The position numbers and the translations under genes are program-made. A stretch of 64,000 nt of DNA from Bradymonadia bacterium (GTDB taxonomy: Bacteria; Myxococcota_A; Bradymonadia; UBA7976; UBA1532), in NCBI GenBank assembly GCA_046290225.1, contig JBKAGE010000035.1, forward strand, positions 256,001 to 320,000. Reading direction: 5' to 3'. The notes under the pieces are model-generated. The model searched no databases. It was not told where the DNA came from and was given only the letters and a program-made list of their open reading frames with translations. How positions within the stretch are numbered: position 1 is the first letter of the stretch; each line of letters begins with the position of its first letter. Positions 29,425 to 38,444 of the stretch are shown piece after piece.

Positions 29425-29895
29425 TCAGCGGTGGTAAGGCGCCCCTGCCAGGATCATCCCCGCCCGATACAGCTGCTCTGCCAGAACCAGGCGAGCCATC
29501 TCGTGGGGCAGGGTGATGCGGCCCAAGCTCCAAATCTTGTTAGCGCGCTTGCGCACTGAAGGATCGAGGCCATCAGGGCCGCCGATGATGAAGGCCACCT
29601 CGGGCACCCCCTCATCTCGACGATCAGCGAGCCATCGGGCGAACCCCTGGGAATCCCAGGTGTGACCCCCTTCGTCGAGGGCCACCACCAAACCCGGTGA
29701 AGGCATCGCCGCCATCAAGGCTTTGGCCTCTTGTTGACGCCACCGATCGACAGAGCCACCGCCTCTGCGGTTGGGCTCTTTGACCTCGACGACACGATGA
29801 GGGAAGTGACGTCGTAGACGGGTGAAGTACTCGTCGCACCCGGCCTGGGTGAACGACATCTTCAGCTTGCCTACGGCAATGACTGAGAGCTTCAT
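29425..29895 (-). CDS. rlmH: 23S rRNA (pseudouridine1915-N3)-methyltransferase
   Basis: IAVGK, ALDEGG, FIIGGPDGL, TLPHEMARLVLAEQLYRA, PYHR; follows rsfS. Confidence 0.96.
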   Translation of the reverse strand: MKLSVIAVGKLKMSFTQAGCDEYFTRLRRHFPHRVVEVKEPNRRGGGSVDRWRQQEAKALMAAMPSPGLVVALDEGGHTWDSQGFARWLADRRDEGVPEVAFIIGGPDGLDPSVRKRANKIWSLGRITLPHEMARLVLAEQLYRAGMILAGAPYHR

Positions 29896-29957
29896 TGTCT
29901 TTTCGCGCCCGGCCCGAAGATCAACGCCTCGGGCCGAGCATCAGCGGGTGGTTGAGA

Positions 29958-30350
29958 TCAGTGGGCCAACGCGGTGAGGAAGCCCGGGGAGTACTCCGCA
30001 CCTTCGGGCTCGTAATCCACCCTCGGCGCGTCTTCCCACAGGCTCTCCAGATCGCGGTATGCCCGCTCCTCCTCTTGGAACACGTGCACCACCACGTCAC
30101 CGAAGTCGAGCAGGGCCCAGAGGCCCTCCCGAGCACCCTCGGTGCCCAGGGTGCGCACCCCGAGCTCCGAGCGGGCCGAGCGCTCCAGGTGATCGGCCAT
30201 GGCCGCCACCTGACGATCGCTGCGACCGCTGGCGATGACGAGATAGCTGGTGTAGCCCACCAGCGCCTCCACATCGAGAATGAGGATATCGACACCCTTC
30301 TTCTCGTTGAGGGCGTCCGCGAGGAACATTGCGAGTTCTTTGGCTTCCAT
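29958..30350 (-). CDS. rsfS: Ribosome silencing factor
   Basis: EKKGVDILILDV, VIASGRSDRQV, WALLDFGDVVVHVF, DLESLW. Confidence 0.95.
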   Translation of the reverse strand: MEAKELAMFLADALNEKKGVDILILDVEALVGYTSYLVIASGRSDRQVAAMADHLERSARSELGVRTLGTEGAREGLWALLDFGDVVVHVFQEEERAYRDLESLWEDAPRVDYEPEGAEYSPGFLTALAH

Positions 30351-31610
30351 TCAGCTCCTGGTTTGACCTGATCCGTAAACGACCCACTTTCGAGCCGTCA
30401 GATCAGTGACCCCCATCGGGCCATAAGCGTGCAGGCGGGTGGTGCTGATGCCGATTTCGGCGCCGAGGCCCAGCTCACCCCCATCGGCGAACCGGGTCGA
30501 GGCATTGGCCACCACCACCGACGAGTTGACCTCGTTCAAGAACCGCTGCACGGCGGTGTAATCTTCAGAGACGATGGCTTCCGTGTGATCAGAGCCGTAC
30601 GTCTCGATGTGCTCGATGGCTTCGTCCATGGACGAAACGACGCGCATCGCAACAATCAAATCCAAAAATTCTGCGTGATAGTCGTCTGCAGTGGCCGCCT
30701 TGACATCAGTCAGGTGACCGCGGGTGACATCACAGCCTCTCACCTCCACCCCTGCCGAAGACAGCCGCTCGCTGAGCTTCGGTAGGAATTCCGCCGCGAT
30801 GTCGCGGTGTATGAGGAATGTTTCGGCTGCATTGCAGACACCAGGTCGTTGGACCTTCGCATTGTAGCAAATATCGAGGGCCTGGTTGAGATCGGCGGCG
30901 GCGTCGACGTAGACGTGGCACACACCCTTGTAGTGCTTGATGACGGGCACGCGGGCGTGCTCTGCCACGAACCTGATCAGGGCCTCACCCCCTCGGGGGA
31001 TCACCAGATCGAGCCACTCTTCGGCCTTGAGCATGGCCATCACCCATGCCCGATCCGTGCTCGGCAGGGTCATGAAGGCGTCTGCAGGCAAGCCCGCTGA
31101 CTCTGCAGCGGCCCGGAGCACCTTCAGGATGGCCGTGTTGCTGTGGGCCGCCTCGCTGCCCCCACGCAAGATCACCACGTTGCCGGCCTTGAGGCACAGG
31201 CCTGCGGCGTCGGCGGTGACGTTGGGCCGGGCCTCGTAGACGATCCCGATGACGCCGAGAGGGATCCGCACCTGCCCCACCCGCAACCCGTTGGGGCGGA
31301 TGGTGGTGCCCAGTGACTGCCCCACTGGATCAGGCAGCAGCGCGATCTCGTCGAGGCCTCGGGCCATCTTCTCGATGCGCTCTTCGGTGAGCTTCAGGCG
31401 GTCTCGCAGGGCGCCGGTGACCCCTCGGGCGTCGGCGCTGGCGAGATCTTCGGCGTTCGCTGCGAGCAGCTCGGCGGTGGATGCCCGCAGGGCGCTGGCC
31501 ATGGCCTGCAGGGCGGCGGTCTTCACCGCTCCGGAGGCTTTGGCCACCTGTCGAGCGGCGGCCCGGGCCCGCTGCCCGAGGGCCTGCATTTCGCGATCGT
31601 GTGTGTCCAT
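30351..31610 (-). CDS. proA: Glutamate-5-semialdehyde dehydrogenase
   Basis: PLGVIGIVYEARPNVT, LRGGSEA, VIPRGG, PGVCNAAE, NASTRFADG, GISTTRLHAYGPMG. Confidence 0.97.
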   Translation of the reverse strand: MDTHDREMQALGQRARAAARQVAKASGAVKTAALQAMASALRASTAELLAANAEDLASADARGVTGALRDRLKLTEERIEKMARGLDEIALLPDPVGQSLGTTIRPNGLRVGQVRIPLGVIGIVYEARPNVTADAAGLCLKAGNVVILRGGSEAAHSNTAILKVLRAAAESAGLPADAFMTLPSTDRAWVMAMLKAEEWLDLVIPRGGEALIRFVAEHARVPVIKHYKGVCHVYVDAAADLNQALDICYNAKVQRPGVCNAAETFLIHRDIAAEFLPKLSERLSSAGVEVRGCDVTRGHLTDVKAATADDYHAEFLDLIVAMRVVSSMDEAIEHIETYGSDHTEAIVSEDYTAVQRFLNEVNSSVVVANASTRFADGGELGLGAEIGISTTRLHAYGPMGVTDLTARKWVVYGSGQTRS

Positions 31611-31666
31611 TCGGTCTGGTCCCTTGATTTGACCCTGGATCTGGTCTCCGCTGGCGGGTTACCACG

Positions 31667-32755
31667 ATGCATACTATGACTCAACGGATGCAAACCTTGC
31701 CCACGTTACTCTTTCGACGTTCTGGAACGCTTCTGTCTGTCCTTTTGGCTGCCAGCCTGATGCCTGCGTGCTCTGGCGATGATGGCGGTGACGGTGGAGG
31801 GGGTGAGGGTGCCTCTGGTGGTGCCGGTGGCACGGGGGGCGCAGTCGGCGGCCGCGATGCCGCAGTGGGCCGCCCCGACTTTGCCGTCGGCCCCGAAGCC
31901 GACGCCATGGTGGGCCGCCCCGACATGATGATGGCGGGCGGTGCTGGCGGCGGCGAGCCCGACATGATGATGGACGAGCCTGACGCCATGGCGGGCCGCC
32001 CTGACATGGAGATGGTGGATCCCGGGCCGCGGCCAGAGACCACCCTCGTGGCCTCGGTGGTACTCACTCAAACCCCCGGCGAGGCCGCCACCATCGATGT
32101 GGCCTTCACCGAGCCTGTCGATCTCGGCAACACACCAGGCTGTCTAGTGACCGAGTTTGATCCTGACGTGAGCATCAACCAGCGAGGCTACGACGGTGGC
32201 CAAGTGGTGGTCACTGGCCCCAACGGCGGGCCATACACCTTCAGCCCTCAGGGCGAGGTAGCCTTCGGCCTCACTTACACCGCTGATCGAGCGATCCCCG
32301 AGGACCTCTTCATCGAGGGCACAGTGATCGACATCGAGGGCATGGGCGGGCCGCACTTCGCGCCCTTCTCCAGCCAGATCTCCGCCCCTGGGGCGGTCCG
32401 GGTCCAGGCGCCACCGGCGTTCGGCTACGCCCAGGACAACGATGAGTCGCTCGATGTGCGTTGGAGCGCCGGGAATGGCGACACGCTCCTGATCACACTG
32501 ATCCCCATGGGGGGTGATCCTTTCGCGCCAGAGCCGATTGCTGGGCAGTGGGCTTTCTGCGCTGTCGATGACAACGGCAGCTACACCGTCGACGCCTCAG
32601 TGATTGGGCAGGTGGTCCCTGCACCCAGCCCCCTCGGTAGCCCCATGCTGGTGGGCCTGAGCCGGACTCGACTGGTGAGCGGTGATGTGGGCGACGTGGA
32701 CGAGGTTTCGGTGAGCGCCATCGCCAATGGCGGCGCCATCGTCACGATCCAGTGA
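31667..32755 (+). CDS. Hypothetical lipoprotein with Gly-rich and Pro-Asp-Met repeat linker
   Basis: Lipobox-like MPAC, GGAGG tract, GRPD/EPD-M repeats, beta-rich C-terminal domain; start uncertain. Confidence 0.7.
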   Translation: MHTMTQRMQTLPTLLFRRSGTLLSVLLAASLMPACSGDDGGDGGGGEGASGGAGGTGGAVGGRDAAVGRPDFAVGPEADAMVGRPDMMMAGGAGGGEPDMMMDEPDAMAGRPDMEMVDPGPRPETTLVASVVLTQTPGEAATIDVAFTEPVDLGNTPGCLVTEFDPDVSINQRGYDGGQVVVTGPNGGPYTFSPQGEVAFGLTYTADRAIPEDLFIEGTVIDIEGMGGPHFAPFSSQISAPGAVRVQAPPAFGYAQDNDESLDVRWSAGNGDTLLITLIPMGGDPFAPEPIAGQWAFCAVDDNGSYTVDASVIGQVVPAPSPLGSPMLVGLSRTRLVSGDVGDVDEVSVSAIANGGAIVTIQ

Positions 32756-32778
32756 GCAGTGCCCGCTGAGGAAGCGCT

Positions 32779-33177
32779 TCAGGGCTTCTTCTGGGACTTC
32801 ATCTCCACCCGAACGCCCTTGGCAGCACCCTTACCATTGCCCTTGGCGGCGCCCTTGCCGCTCGTGGGGGCGCCCTTGACGTTCTTGTCGCCCTTGGCCG
32901 CAGCCGCAGAGTTGGCCTTCAGGTTCTGAATCCGGCCGTTGTTCTTGTTCACGTGCTGCTGGCACTTCTCCAAGGCGGTGGCATCGGAGAGATCGCCCTT
33001 GTAGAGGATGCCGTTGGGCGTGCCCGTGCACTTACCGCATGTGTGCACCTCGCCGGCGATCTGACAGTTGCCGCCGTTTTGGGCCCCCGCGCAGAAGTTG
33101 CCACTGCACTGGGGCAGCCCAGCGTAAGCAGCGGTCCCGAAGAAGGTCACGGCGGCGAATGCGAGCAAGGTCTTCAT
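32779..33177 (-). CDS. Small secreted six-cysteine protein with Lys/Gly/Ala-rich tail
   Basis: GGAG RBS, signal peptide MKTLLAFAAVTFFGTAAYA, strong host codon bias. Confidence 0.75.
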   Translation of the reverse strand: MKTLLAFAAVTFFGTAAYAGLPQCSGNFCAGAQNGGNCQIAGEVHTCGKCTGTPNGILYKGDLSDATALEKCQQHVNKNNGRIQNLKANSAAAAKGDKNVKGAPTSGKGAAKGNGKGAAKGVRVEMKSQKKP

Positions 33178-33332
33178 AGGTCTCCCTCTCTCTGAGGCCT
33201 CGAGCAAACAGAGGCCCTCTGGTCAATGTGCCCCGCCATCAGTCTCCCGTGGCGAGCGTAACTGATCGATACACATCGTCCGGTCTGCTTTTTTTGATGA
33301 GGGCGAATTTTGTCTGAACAGACAGAGCAGGG

Positions 33333-34745
33333 TCAGAACGCGATGGTGTACCGAAGCGTGCCCTGGTCGTTGTGCTTGATCACACCGCCGAGGCTGTCAT
33401 CGGGCCCATGAATGATGGCTACCCCGAGGGCGAGCTGGTGCCCGGAAGCCGGGCTGTACTCCACCTGAGGCGAGACGAAGAAATCTCCTCGAGTCAGTCC
33501 GCGCTGCCCTGCCACGGTGAAGCCCCAATCACTGGACTCAGGCTGATAGCGAGCGAACATCACCGCATTGATCAAATGATCACCGATGAGCAACCACACC
33601 TCCCCCTCAGGGGCATCCTCGAGGGGCATGAACCCAAAGCACTCCACGGTGATGGAGAAGTCCTCGTGGGGCAGCCAGTCCACGCCGCCGGCCCAGCTGA
33701 CGACGGGGCTGCGGGCTGGGGTGAGTCCTTCGGTGTAGAGCACACGGTTCTGGCTCCACGCAGCGTCGGCCTTGAGGGTGAAATCGCCCAAAGCCAGCAC
33801 CCCATCGGCGCCGAGCGTGAGCTGCCGGTGGGTGGTGCTTTCGATGGGGATCAGACCACCAGGAGAGATGCGGATCGCAGGGGTTCGATCCCAGAGGTAG
33901 GCGCTGTTGAAGTTGAGATCCCAGCCCGAGCCTCTCAGGGAGAGCCGCGCACCTCCGCTGGCGTTGCCCAAGTGCTCGTCGGGGGGATTGAAGGCCACCA
34001 GCAAGGGCTGCACATCTTCCTGGACCGAGCGCGGTGTCGACGCTCGAAGACCAGAGGCGAGGAGCACGAAGGGGCTGCCGCTGGGGACAGGTGCAGTGTC
34101 TCGACCAAAGAGGTCGACCCGGTGGGGGGTGAAGAAAGGCAACACCACCATCTCTGCGGAGATCCTGCCTGCGTCATCGAAGGTGTAGATGGCCTGGGCC
34201 GCCACCTGAGGCAGAGCCGGGGTTTGGAGTCCGGGCTGCAGCCCCTGGCGCAAATCGATGGGTGCCAGCACATCATTGGGGCTGTTCGCCTCGGTCGACC
34301 CCCACCGGATCGTCTGATGACCGCCGGTGAGACGCAGCGGGCCGCTCTGCCAGGCGAGGTAGCCCTCTCGCAGCTCGGCCTCGCCCAACGCTCTCGCTTC
34401 GGCGAAGTCCCAATGAGGCGCCCGGCTTTCGTGGGTGATGCGACCGCCGACGACGGCGGTGAGCTTCGGGTTGATCTCCGAAGTCAGCTCGAGCTCGAGC
34501 TGGTTGCGCACCTCGATGACATCTTCGCCCTCTCGATCTTCCTGGAGATCACCGAGCACGCGACTCTGCCACTGGCCCCTGAAGCTGGTGTTGCTCTGTG
34601 TCGGCGGTGCCAGCTCGGGCAGCGCCGCTGGGACATCGAGCCCCGGCGCGTCGAGATCGGGCAGCCCGGGCATGCCTTCGAGATCAGGATCCTGCCCCCA
34701 GGCCGTACTGGCGATGAGCAAGCACACCAGAGACAGTCGCTTCAC
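33333..34745 (-). CDS. DUF1302-like outer-membrane beta-barrel protein
   Basis: Signal peptide after GTG overlapping the upstream stop; LREGYL, GHQTIRWG, SPNDVLAPIDLR; terminal YTIAF. Confidence 0.7.
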   Translation of the reverse strand: MKRLSLVCLLIASTAWGQDPDLEGMPGLPDLDAPGLDVPAALPELAPPTQSNTSFRGQWQSRVLGDLQEDREGEDVIEVRNQLELELTSEINPKLTAVVGGRITHESRAPHWDFAEARALGEAELREGYLAWQSGPLRLTGGHQTIRWGSTEANSPNDVLAPIDLRQGLQPGLQTPALPQVAAQAIYTFDDAGRISAEMVVLPFFTPHRVDLFGRDTAPVPSGSPFVLLASGLRASTPRSVQEDVQPLLVAFNPPDEHLGNASGGARLSLRGSGWDLNFNSAYLWDRTPAIRISPGGLIPIESTTHRQLTLGADGVLALGDFTLKADAAWSQNRVLYTEGLTPARSPVVSWAGGVDWLPHEDFSITVECFGFMPLEDAPEGEVWLLIGDHLINAVMFARYQPESSDWGFTVAGQRGLTRGDFFVSPQVEYSPASGHQLALGVAIIHGPDDSLGGVIKHNDQGTLRYTIAF

Positions 34746-35527
34746 GGCGTGGCGAGGCGCTGCGGGGTGAAATCTGCCGCAGAGAGGGCCGTCTTGCGGT
34801 CGACGCTGTCGACGAAGAGGAATGTGTTGTGGCCTGTGGCTTTGGTCCACATCTGGCTCTTGGTGGCCACGGGCACGCCATCGATGATCCTGGCCTCGTG
34901 CAGCCGATACACCTTCACGAGCTGATCATCAGCACCGAAGAATTTGATCTGCTGGGGCAAAAAATCAGTGATGCGCGCCCACAGCTCGATGCGCGTGTAC
35001 TGGTCGTCTTTGGGCACGGCCACAACGTGATGGCATTTGACGCCCTCGAGCTCGACGTCGTCCTTGCGCGTGTAGGTGGCGGCCTTGAGATCACGGCTCT
35101 CCATGTCGGAGTAGCTGAAATCACTCCCCATGAAGGCCCCCTTGCGCTGAGCGCCGGCGACACGCCGTGTACGCTTGAGCGCGGGCAGGTAGAGGTACAT
35201 GTCGTCGGCGCCGACGGCCTCGCCCTGGAGCAGCAAGAAGGCAGATCCGCGCACCTCGGCGGGCTCCTGAAACCTGATCAGGCTACGGCGTCGAGCATCT
35301 TCTCCGAGCAGGGTGGCGGACTTGATCGCGTAGGTCTTCCGCTTGCCAGCCTTGTCCTGCAAAACCATGCGCACGCTGGCCTGGCCCGCCTCGAACCCCA
35401 ACGCGTTTCGACCCGTGGCCCGCTCGATGATGGCCTCGGCGGTGAGCGCCTCTGTCGAAGCGTCGCCCTTGGGCGCATCGTCGGCGGGTGGTGCCATCAG
35501 GGCGACGAGCAGACACAACGCGATCAT
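34742..35527 (-). CDS. Outer-membrane lipoprotein-sorting (LolA-like) protein
   Basis: Signal peptide; FQEPAEVRGSAFL, YLYLPALKRTRRV, FMGSDFSYSDM, FTPQRL. Confidence 0.85.
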   Translation of the reverse strand: MIALCLLVALMAPPADDAPKGDASTEALTAEAIIERATGRNALGFEAGQASVRMVLQDKAGKRKTYAIKSATLLGEDARRRSLIRFQEPAEVRGSAFLLLQGEAVGADDMYLYLPALKRTRRVAGAQRKGAFMGSDFSYSDMESRDLKAATYTRKDDVELEGVKCHHVVAVPKDDQYTRIELWARITDFLPQQIKFFGADDQLVKVYRLHEARIIDGVPVATKSQMWTKATGHNTFLFVDSVDRKTALSAADFTPQRLATP

Positions 35528-35531
35528 GGAC

Positions 35532-36773
35532 TCACCTCTCTTCGCCGTTCAGGTATGCGGCGATGGCGTGCTGGTAGACCACCTTCAACGGCACACCGGC
35601 ATTTTGGGCCAAACGGACACAGTCTACATGCTCTGGGGCCACGTTCGTGACGGAACCCTGACGACGGCCCACCTTCACCGGTACGGCACCAAAGGGTGTC
35701 TGCACAGTGACGTGAGCGCGCTTCTGCTTGACCCGACTCACGGGGAACCGACGCAGGCCCAGAGACGAGCTCTCTTCCAGGAGCACTGACTCCACAGCAG
35801 GTTGCTTCCCGGCCTCGGTGAGGGCCCCGACGACCACCCCAGGGCGGTTGCGTTTCATGTGCACGGGGGTGAACCACACGTCGAGGGCCCCGGCGGCAAA
35901 GAGGGCGTCCATCAAGTAGCCGGTGATCTCGGGGTTGAGATCGTCGAGGTTGACCTCGGTGACGAAGCACCGGGCCTCTTCAGGCTGCTCACGGCCGAGC
36001 ACGAGGCGCAACAGGTTGGGCCGATCAGGGAACTCTGCGTCACCGGCGCCAAAGCCCACGCCCTCGACCACCATCTCGGGGAAGCTACCCACCCGCCGGG
36101 CCCAGGCCTTCACGAAGGCGGCCCCTGTGGGGGTGACCAGCTCGCGGTTCAGCTCGGTGCCGATGATGGGCAGCCCCTTCAAGATCTCCAACGTGGCAGG
36201 GGCAGGGCAGGGCATACGCCCATGGGCTGATCGGATGAAGCCCCTGCCGATGGGGGGCGGCGCGCTCTCCACATGATCGATGCCCAGCGACCACAGCCCC
36301 CATGCCACACCGACGATGTCGATGATGCTGTCCACAGCACCCACTTCGTGGAAGTGCACCTCTTCGATGGTGCTGCCGTGCACGTGCGCCTCGGCTCGGG
36401 CGATCTCGTCGAAGGCAGCCCGGGCCCGGCGCACCACCTCTGCGGGCAAACGCCCGCCTTCGATGCAATTGACGATGTCGCGATAGTGATGGTGGTGATG
36501 ATCGTCATGATGGTGATGATGGTGCGCATCACCCTCAGGCGATTCCACGGCGGGGCCTTCTTCAGCCTCGCCCACCTTCACGTGCACATCTGTCGCCCGC
36601 AGCCCGTTACGCACCACGGTGTGGTGTTCGAGATGCCAGCCCTCCAGGGGCAGCGTGCGCAACGCCGCCACGAGGGCCTCGACGTCGAGGCCGAGGTCGA
36701 TGAGGGCCCCGAGGGTCATGTCCCCGGCGAGGCCGCTGAAGCAGTCGAAGTACAGGACGCGCGGGCCATGCAT
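35532..36773 (-). CDS. larC: Nickel-pincer cofactor nickel insertase LarC
   Basis: YFDCFSGLAGDMTLGAL, His-rich tract, VHFHEVGAVDSIIDI, PAPAT, ELVTPTGAA, NLDD, MKRNRPG. Confidence 0.93.
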   Translation of the reverse strand: MHGPRVLYFDCFSGLAGDMTLGALIDLGLDVEALVAALRTLPLEGWHLEHHTVVRNGLRATDVHVKVGEAEEGPAVESPEGDAHHHHHHDDHHHHHYRDIVNCIEGGRLPAEVVRRARAAFDEIARAEAHVHGSTIEEVHFHEVGAVDSIIDIVGVAWGLWSLGIDHVESAPPPIGRGFIRSAHGRMPCPAPATLEILKGLPIIGTELNRELVTPTGAAFVKAWARRVGSFPEMVVEGVGFGAGDAEFPDRPNLLRLVLGREQPEEARCFVTEVNLDDLNPEITGYLMDALFAAGALDVWFTPVHMKRNRPGVVVGALTEAGKQPAVESVLLEESSSLGLRRFPVSRVKQKRAHVTVQTPFGAVPVKVGRRQGSVTNVAPEHVDCVRLAQNAGVPLKVVYQHAIAAYLNGEER

Positions 36774-37477
36774 CAGCGAGGCTCCTCGGTACGCGGAGCG
36801 GTGTTGATCTGCGCCGCAGCATAGGCAGCGCCAAAGCCATTGCCGATGTTCACCACAGTGACCCCGGCGGCGCAGCTGTTGAGCATGGTGAGCAATGCAG
36901 CGACGCCGTTGAAGCTGGCGCCATAGCCCACTTCGGTGGGCACGGCGATGACCGGCCGATCGACGAGGCCGCCCACCACACCGGGCAGCGCGCCGTCCAT
37001 CCCGGCGCAGACAATGATCACCGACGCTCGGCGCAGGCGCTCGACGTGGCCCAGGATGCGATGTAGCCCGGCGATGCCGACATCGTGGATCTCATCGACG
37101 GTGTGACCCCAGAACCGGGCGCAGGCGATGGCTTCGGCGGCGACAGGGCCATCGCCGGTGCCTGCAGAGACCACCAGGATCGTCCCCAACCCCACCGCCG
37201 GCGCTGGCGAGCGCTGCACGGTGAGGCATCGGGAGATCGCGTCGTACTCCGCAGGCAGATCTTCGATCAGCTGCATCACCTCGGCGGCGGCCTCGGGCGT
37301 CACGCGGGTGGCGAGCACCCGCTGGCCAGCGGCGTCGAAGCGGCGGGCGATCTCGGCGATTTGCGTGGGGGTCTTGCCAGTGCCCAGGATCACCTCGGGC
37401 ATCCCGCGGCGCTTGAGCCGATCGAGATCAAGGGTGGCGAAGGGCAGGCTGGTGTCGGTGGCGTGTTCGTCTTTCAT
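36773..37477 (-). CDS. larB: Nickel-pincer cofactor biosynthesis protein LarB (PurE-like)
   Basis: DLDRLKRRGMPEVI, SAGTGD, DVGIAGLHR, AGMDGALP, VPTEVGYGA, LNSCAAGVTVVNIGNGFGA. Confidence 0.92.
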   Translation of the reverse strand: MKDEHATDTSLPFATLDLDRLKRRGMPEVILGTGKTPTQIAEIARRFDAAGQRVLATRVTPEAAAEVMQLIEDLPAEYDAISRCLTVQRSPAPAVGLGTILVVSAGTGDGPVAAEAIACARFWGHTVDEIHDVGIAGLHRILGHVERLRRASVIIVCAGMDGALPGVVGGLVDRPVIAVPTEVGYGASFNGVAALLTMLNSCAAGVTVVNIGNGFGAAYAAAQINTAPRTEEPR

Positions 37478-37611
37478 GGCACGGGACTCTGGGGGCAGCA
37501 GACATTGGGGGCAAGGGGTTTCGTGGAACAGGTCTGATGCACGGCACATAGAGAAAGGTGCGTTGCTCATCACCGAGGTGCCGTTATGCTCAAGTGCTCA
37601 GGAGGTTCACC

Positions 37612-38166
37612 ATGCCGACCCCCCCATCACCGGAACACCGAATCACCGCGGAGGCTTTCTTCCGCGATCAGCACCGATACCCGGATGGATGTGAGCTCGT
37701 CGACGGCGAGGTGGTGGAATTGAGCCCCATGAAGGCCCCTCATGGGCGGACGTGTGCGCTGATCTCCACAGCATTGGGCAATTTCTTCCGTGCACATCGA
37801 GATCGATATTCCAACGCTGATATCCTCACGGGTGATGTGGGCTATCAACTCGGTGACTTCATCGTCAGAGCCCCTGACATCGCCGTACATCTCGATGTGC
37901 CTGAGTACACCGAGACATGGCTCCGCACGCCTCCCCTCGTCGCCATCGAGGTCATATCTCCCAACGACCGCTGGCGCGCAGTGGAGCAGAAAGCCCACCA
38001 ATGGCTTCAGTTTGGCGTGTCAGAGGTCTGGCTCGCTGATCCGACGACGCAGTCCGTCAGCGTCCGCAGCACCACCGAGACTCGACGCTTCAGTGAAGGT
38101 GAGGCGTTGAAGTCGAGCGCGCTGCCAGCGTTTCAGCCCACCCTGAGCGAGCTGTTTCAGTTATAG
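37612..38166 (+). CDS. Uma2/DUF820 family PD-(D/E)xK endonuclease-like protein
   Basis: GGAGG RBS; ELVDG, RAPDIA, PLVAIEVISP, GVSEVWLADP. Confidence 0.88.
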   Translation: MPTPPSPEHRITAEAFFRDQHRYPDGCELVDGEVVELSPMKAPHGRTCALISTALGNFFRAHRDRYSNADILTGDVGYQLGDFIVRAPDIAVHLDVPEYTETWLRTPPLVAIEVISPNDRWRAVEQKAHQWLQFGVSEVWLADPTTQSVSVRSTTETRRFSEGEALKSSALPAFQPTLSELFQL

Positions 38167-38199
38167 GCCGCCTCATGTGCCCCTGCCCGCGGGCAAAAC

Positions 38200-38234
38200 A
38201 AAACCCCCACCGCTCGAGTGCGGAGGGGGTTTTT
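38200..38234. terminator. Bidirectional intrinsic terminator
   Basis: AAAACCCCCaCCGC-loop-GCGGaGGGGGTTTTT with A/T tails on both sides, between convergent units. Confidence 0.75.
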
Positions 38235-38262
38235 AGAAAAGTCAGGGCCCGACGAAGGCGGT

Positions 38263-38336
38263 TTCGTACGACAGGATTTGAACCTGCGTCCTATTGATAC
38301 CAAATCAATTGCTCTACCAAACTGAGCTACCAACAA
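38263..38336 (-). tRNA. Atypical tRNA-Pro(UGG)-like gene or pseudo-tRNA
   Basis: Minus strand TTGTTGG TA GCTC AGTTTGGTA GAGC A ATTGA TTTGGTA TCAAT AGGAC GCAGG TTCAAAT CCTGT CGTACGA A: intact D, anticodon and T arms; two acceptor-stem mismatches; no encoded CCA. Confidence 0.75.
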
Positions 38337-38444
38337 AAAGCCGACGCCCACATGGCCCATGACGCCGTAGATCATGACGGCGCTCACCCACAAAATCAAA
38401 CCGCTTGGGGCTGATCTCGAAGGTCCGCAGTTGTGTGAAGGCCC

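Noticed and set aside
28734..29533. Short ORFs sharing the peptide GQSRRWWLSPCRQSSLRSACV (or its antisense reading)
   Set aside because: By-product of the inverted DNA repeat; they overlap argJ/rlmH and divergence between copies preserves hairpins rather than protein sequence
37514..37530. GTTTCGTGGAACA resembling a parS site
   Set aside because: Only one half-site matches the 16-bp parS palindrome
37612..38336. Integrated element at the tRNA-like gene (Uma2 nuclease adjacent)
   Set aside because: No integrase and no duplicated tRNA 3' end (att site) seen in the window; Uma2 genes are commonly scattered singletons
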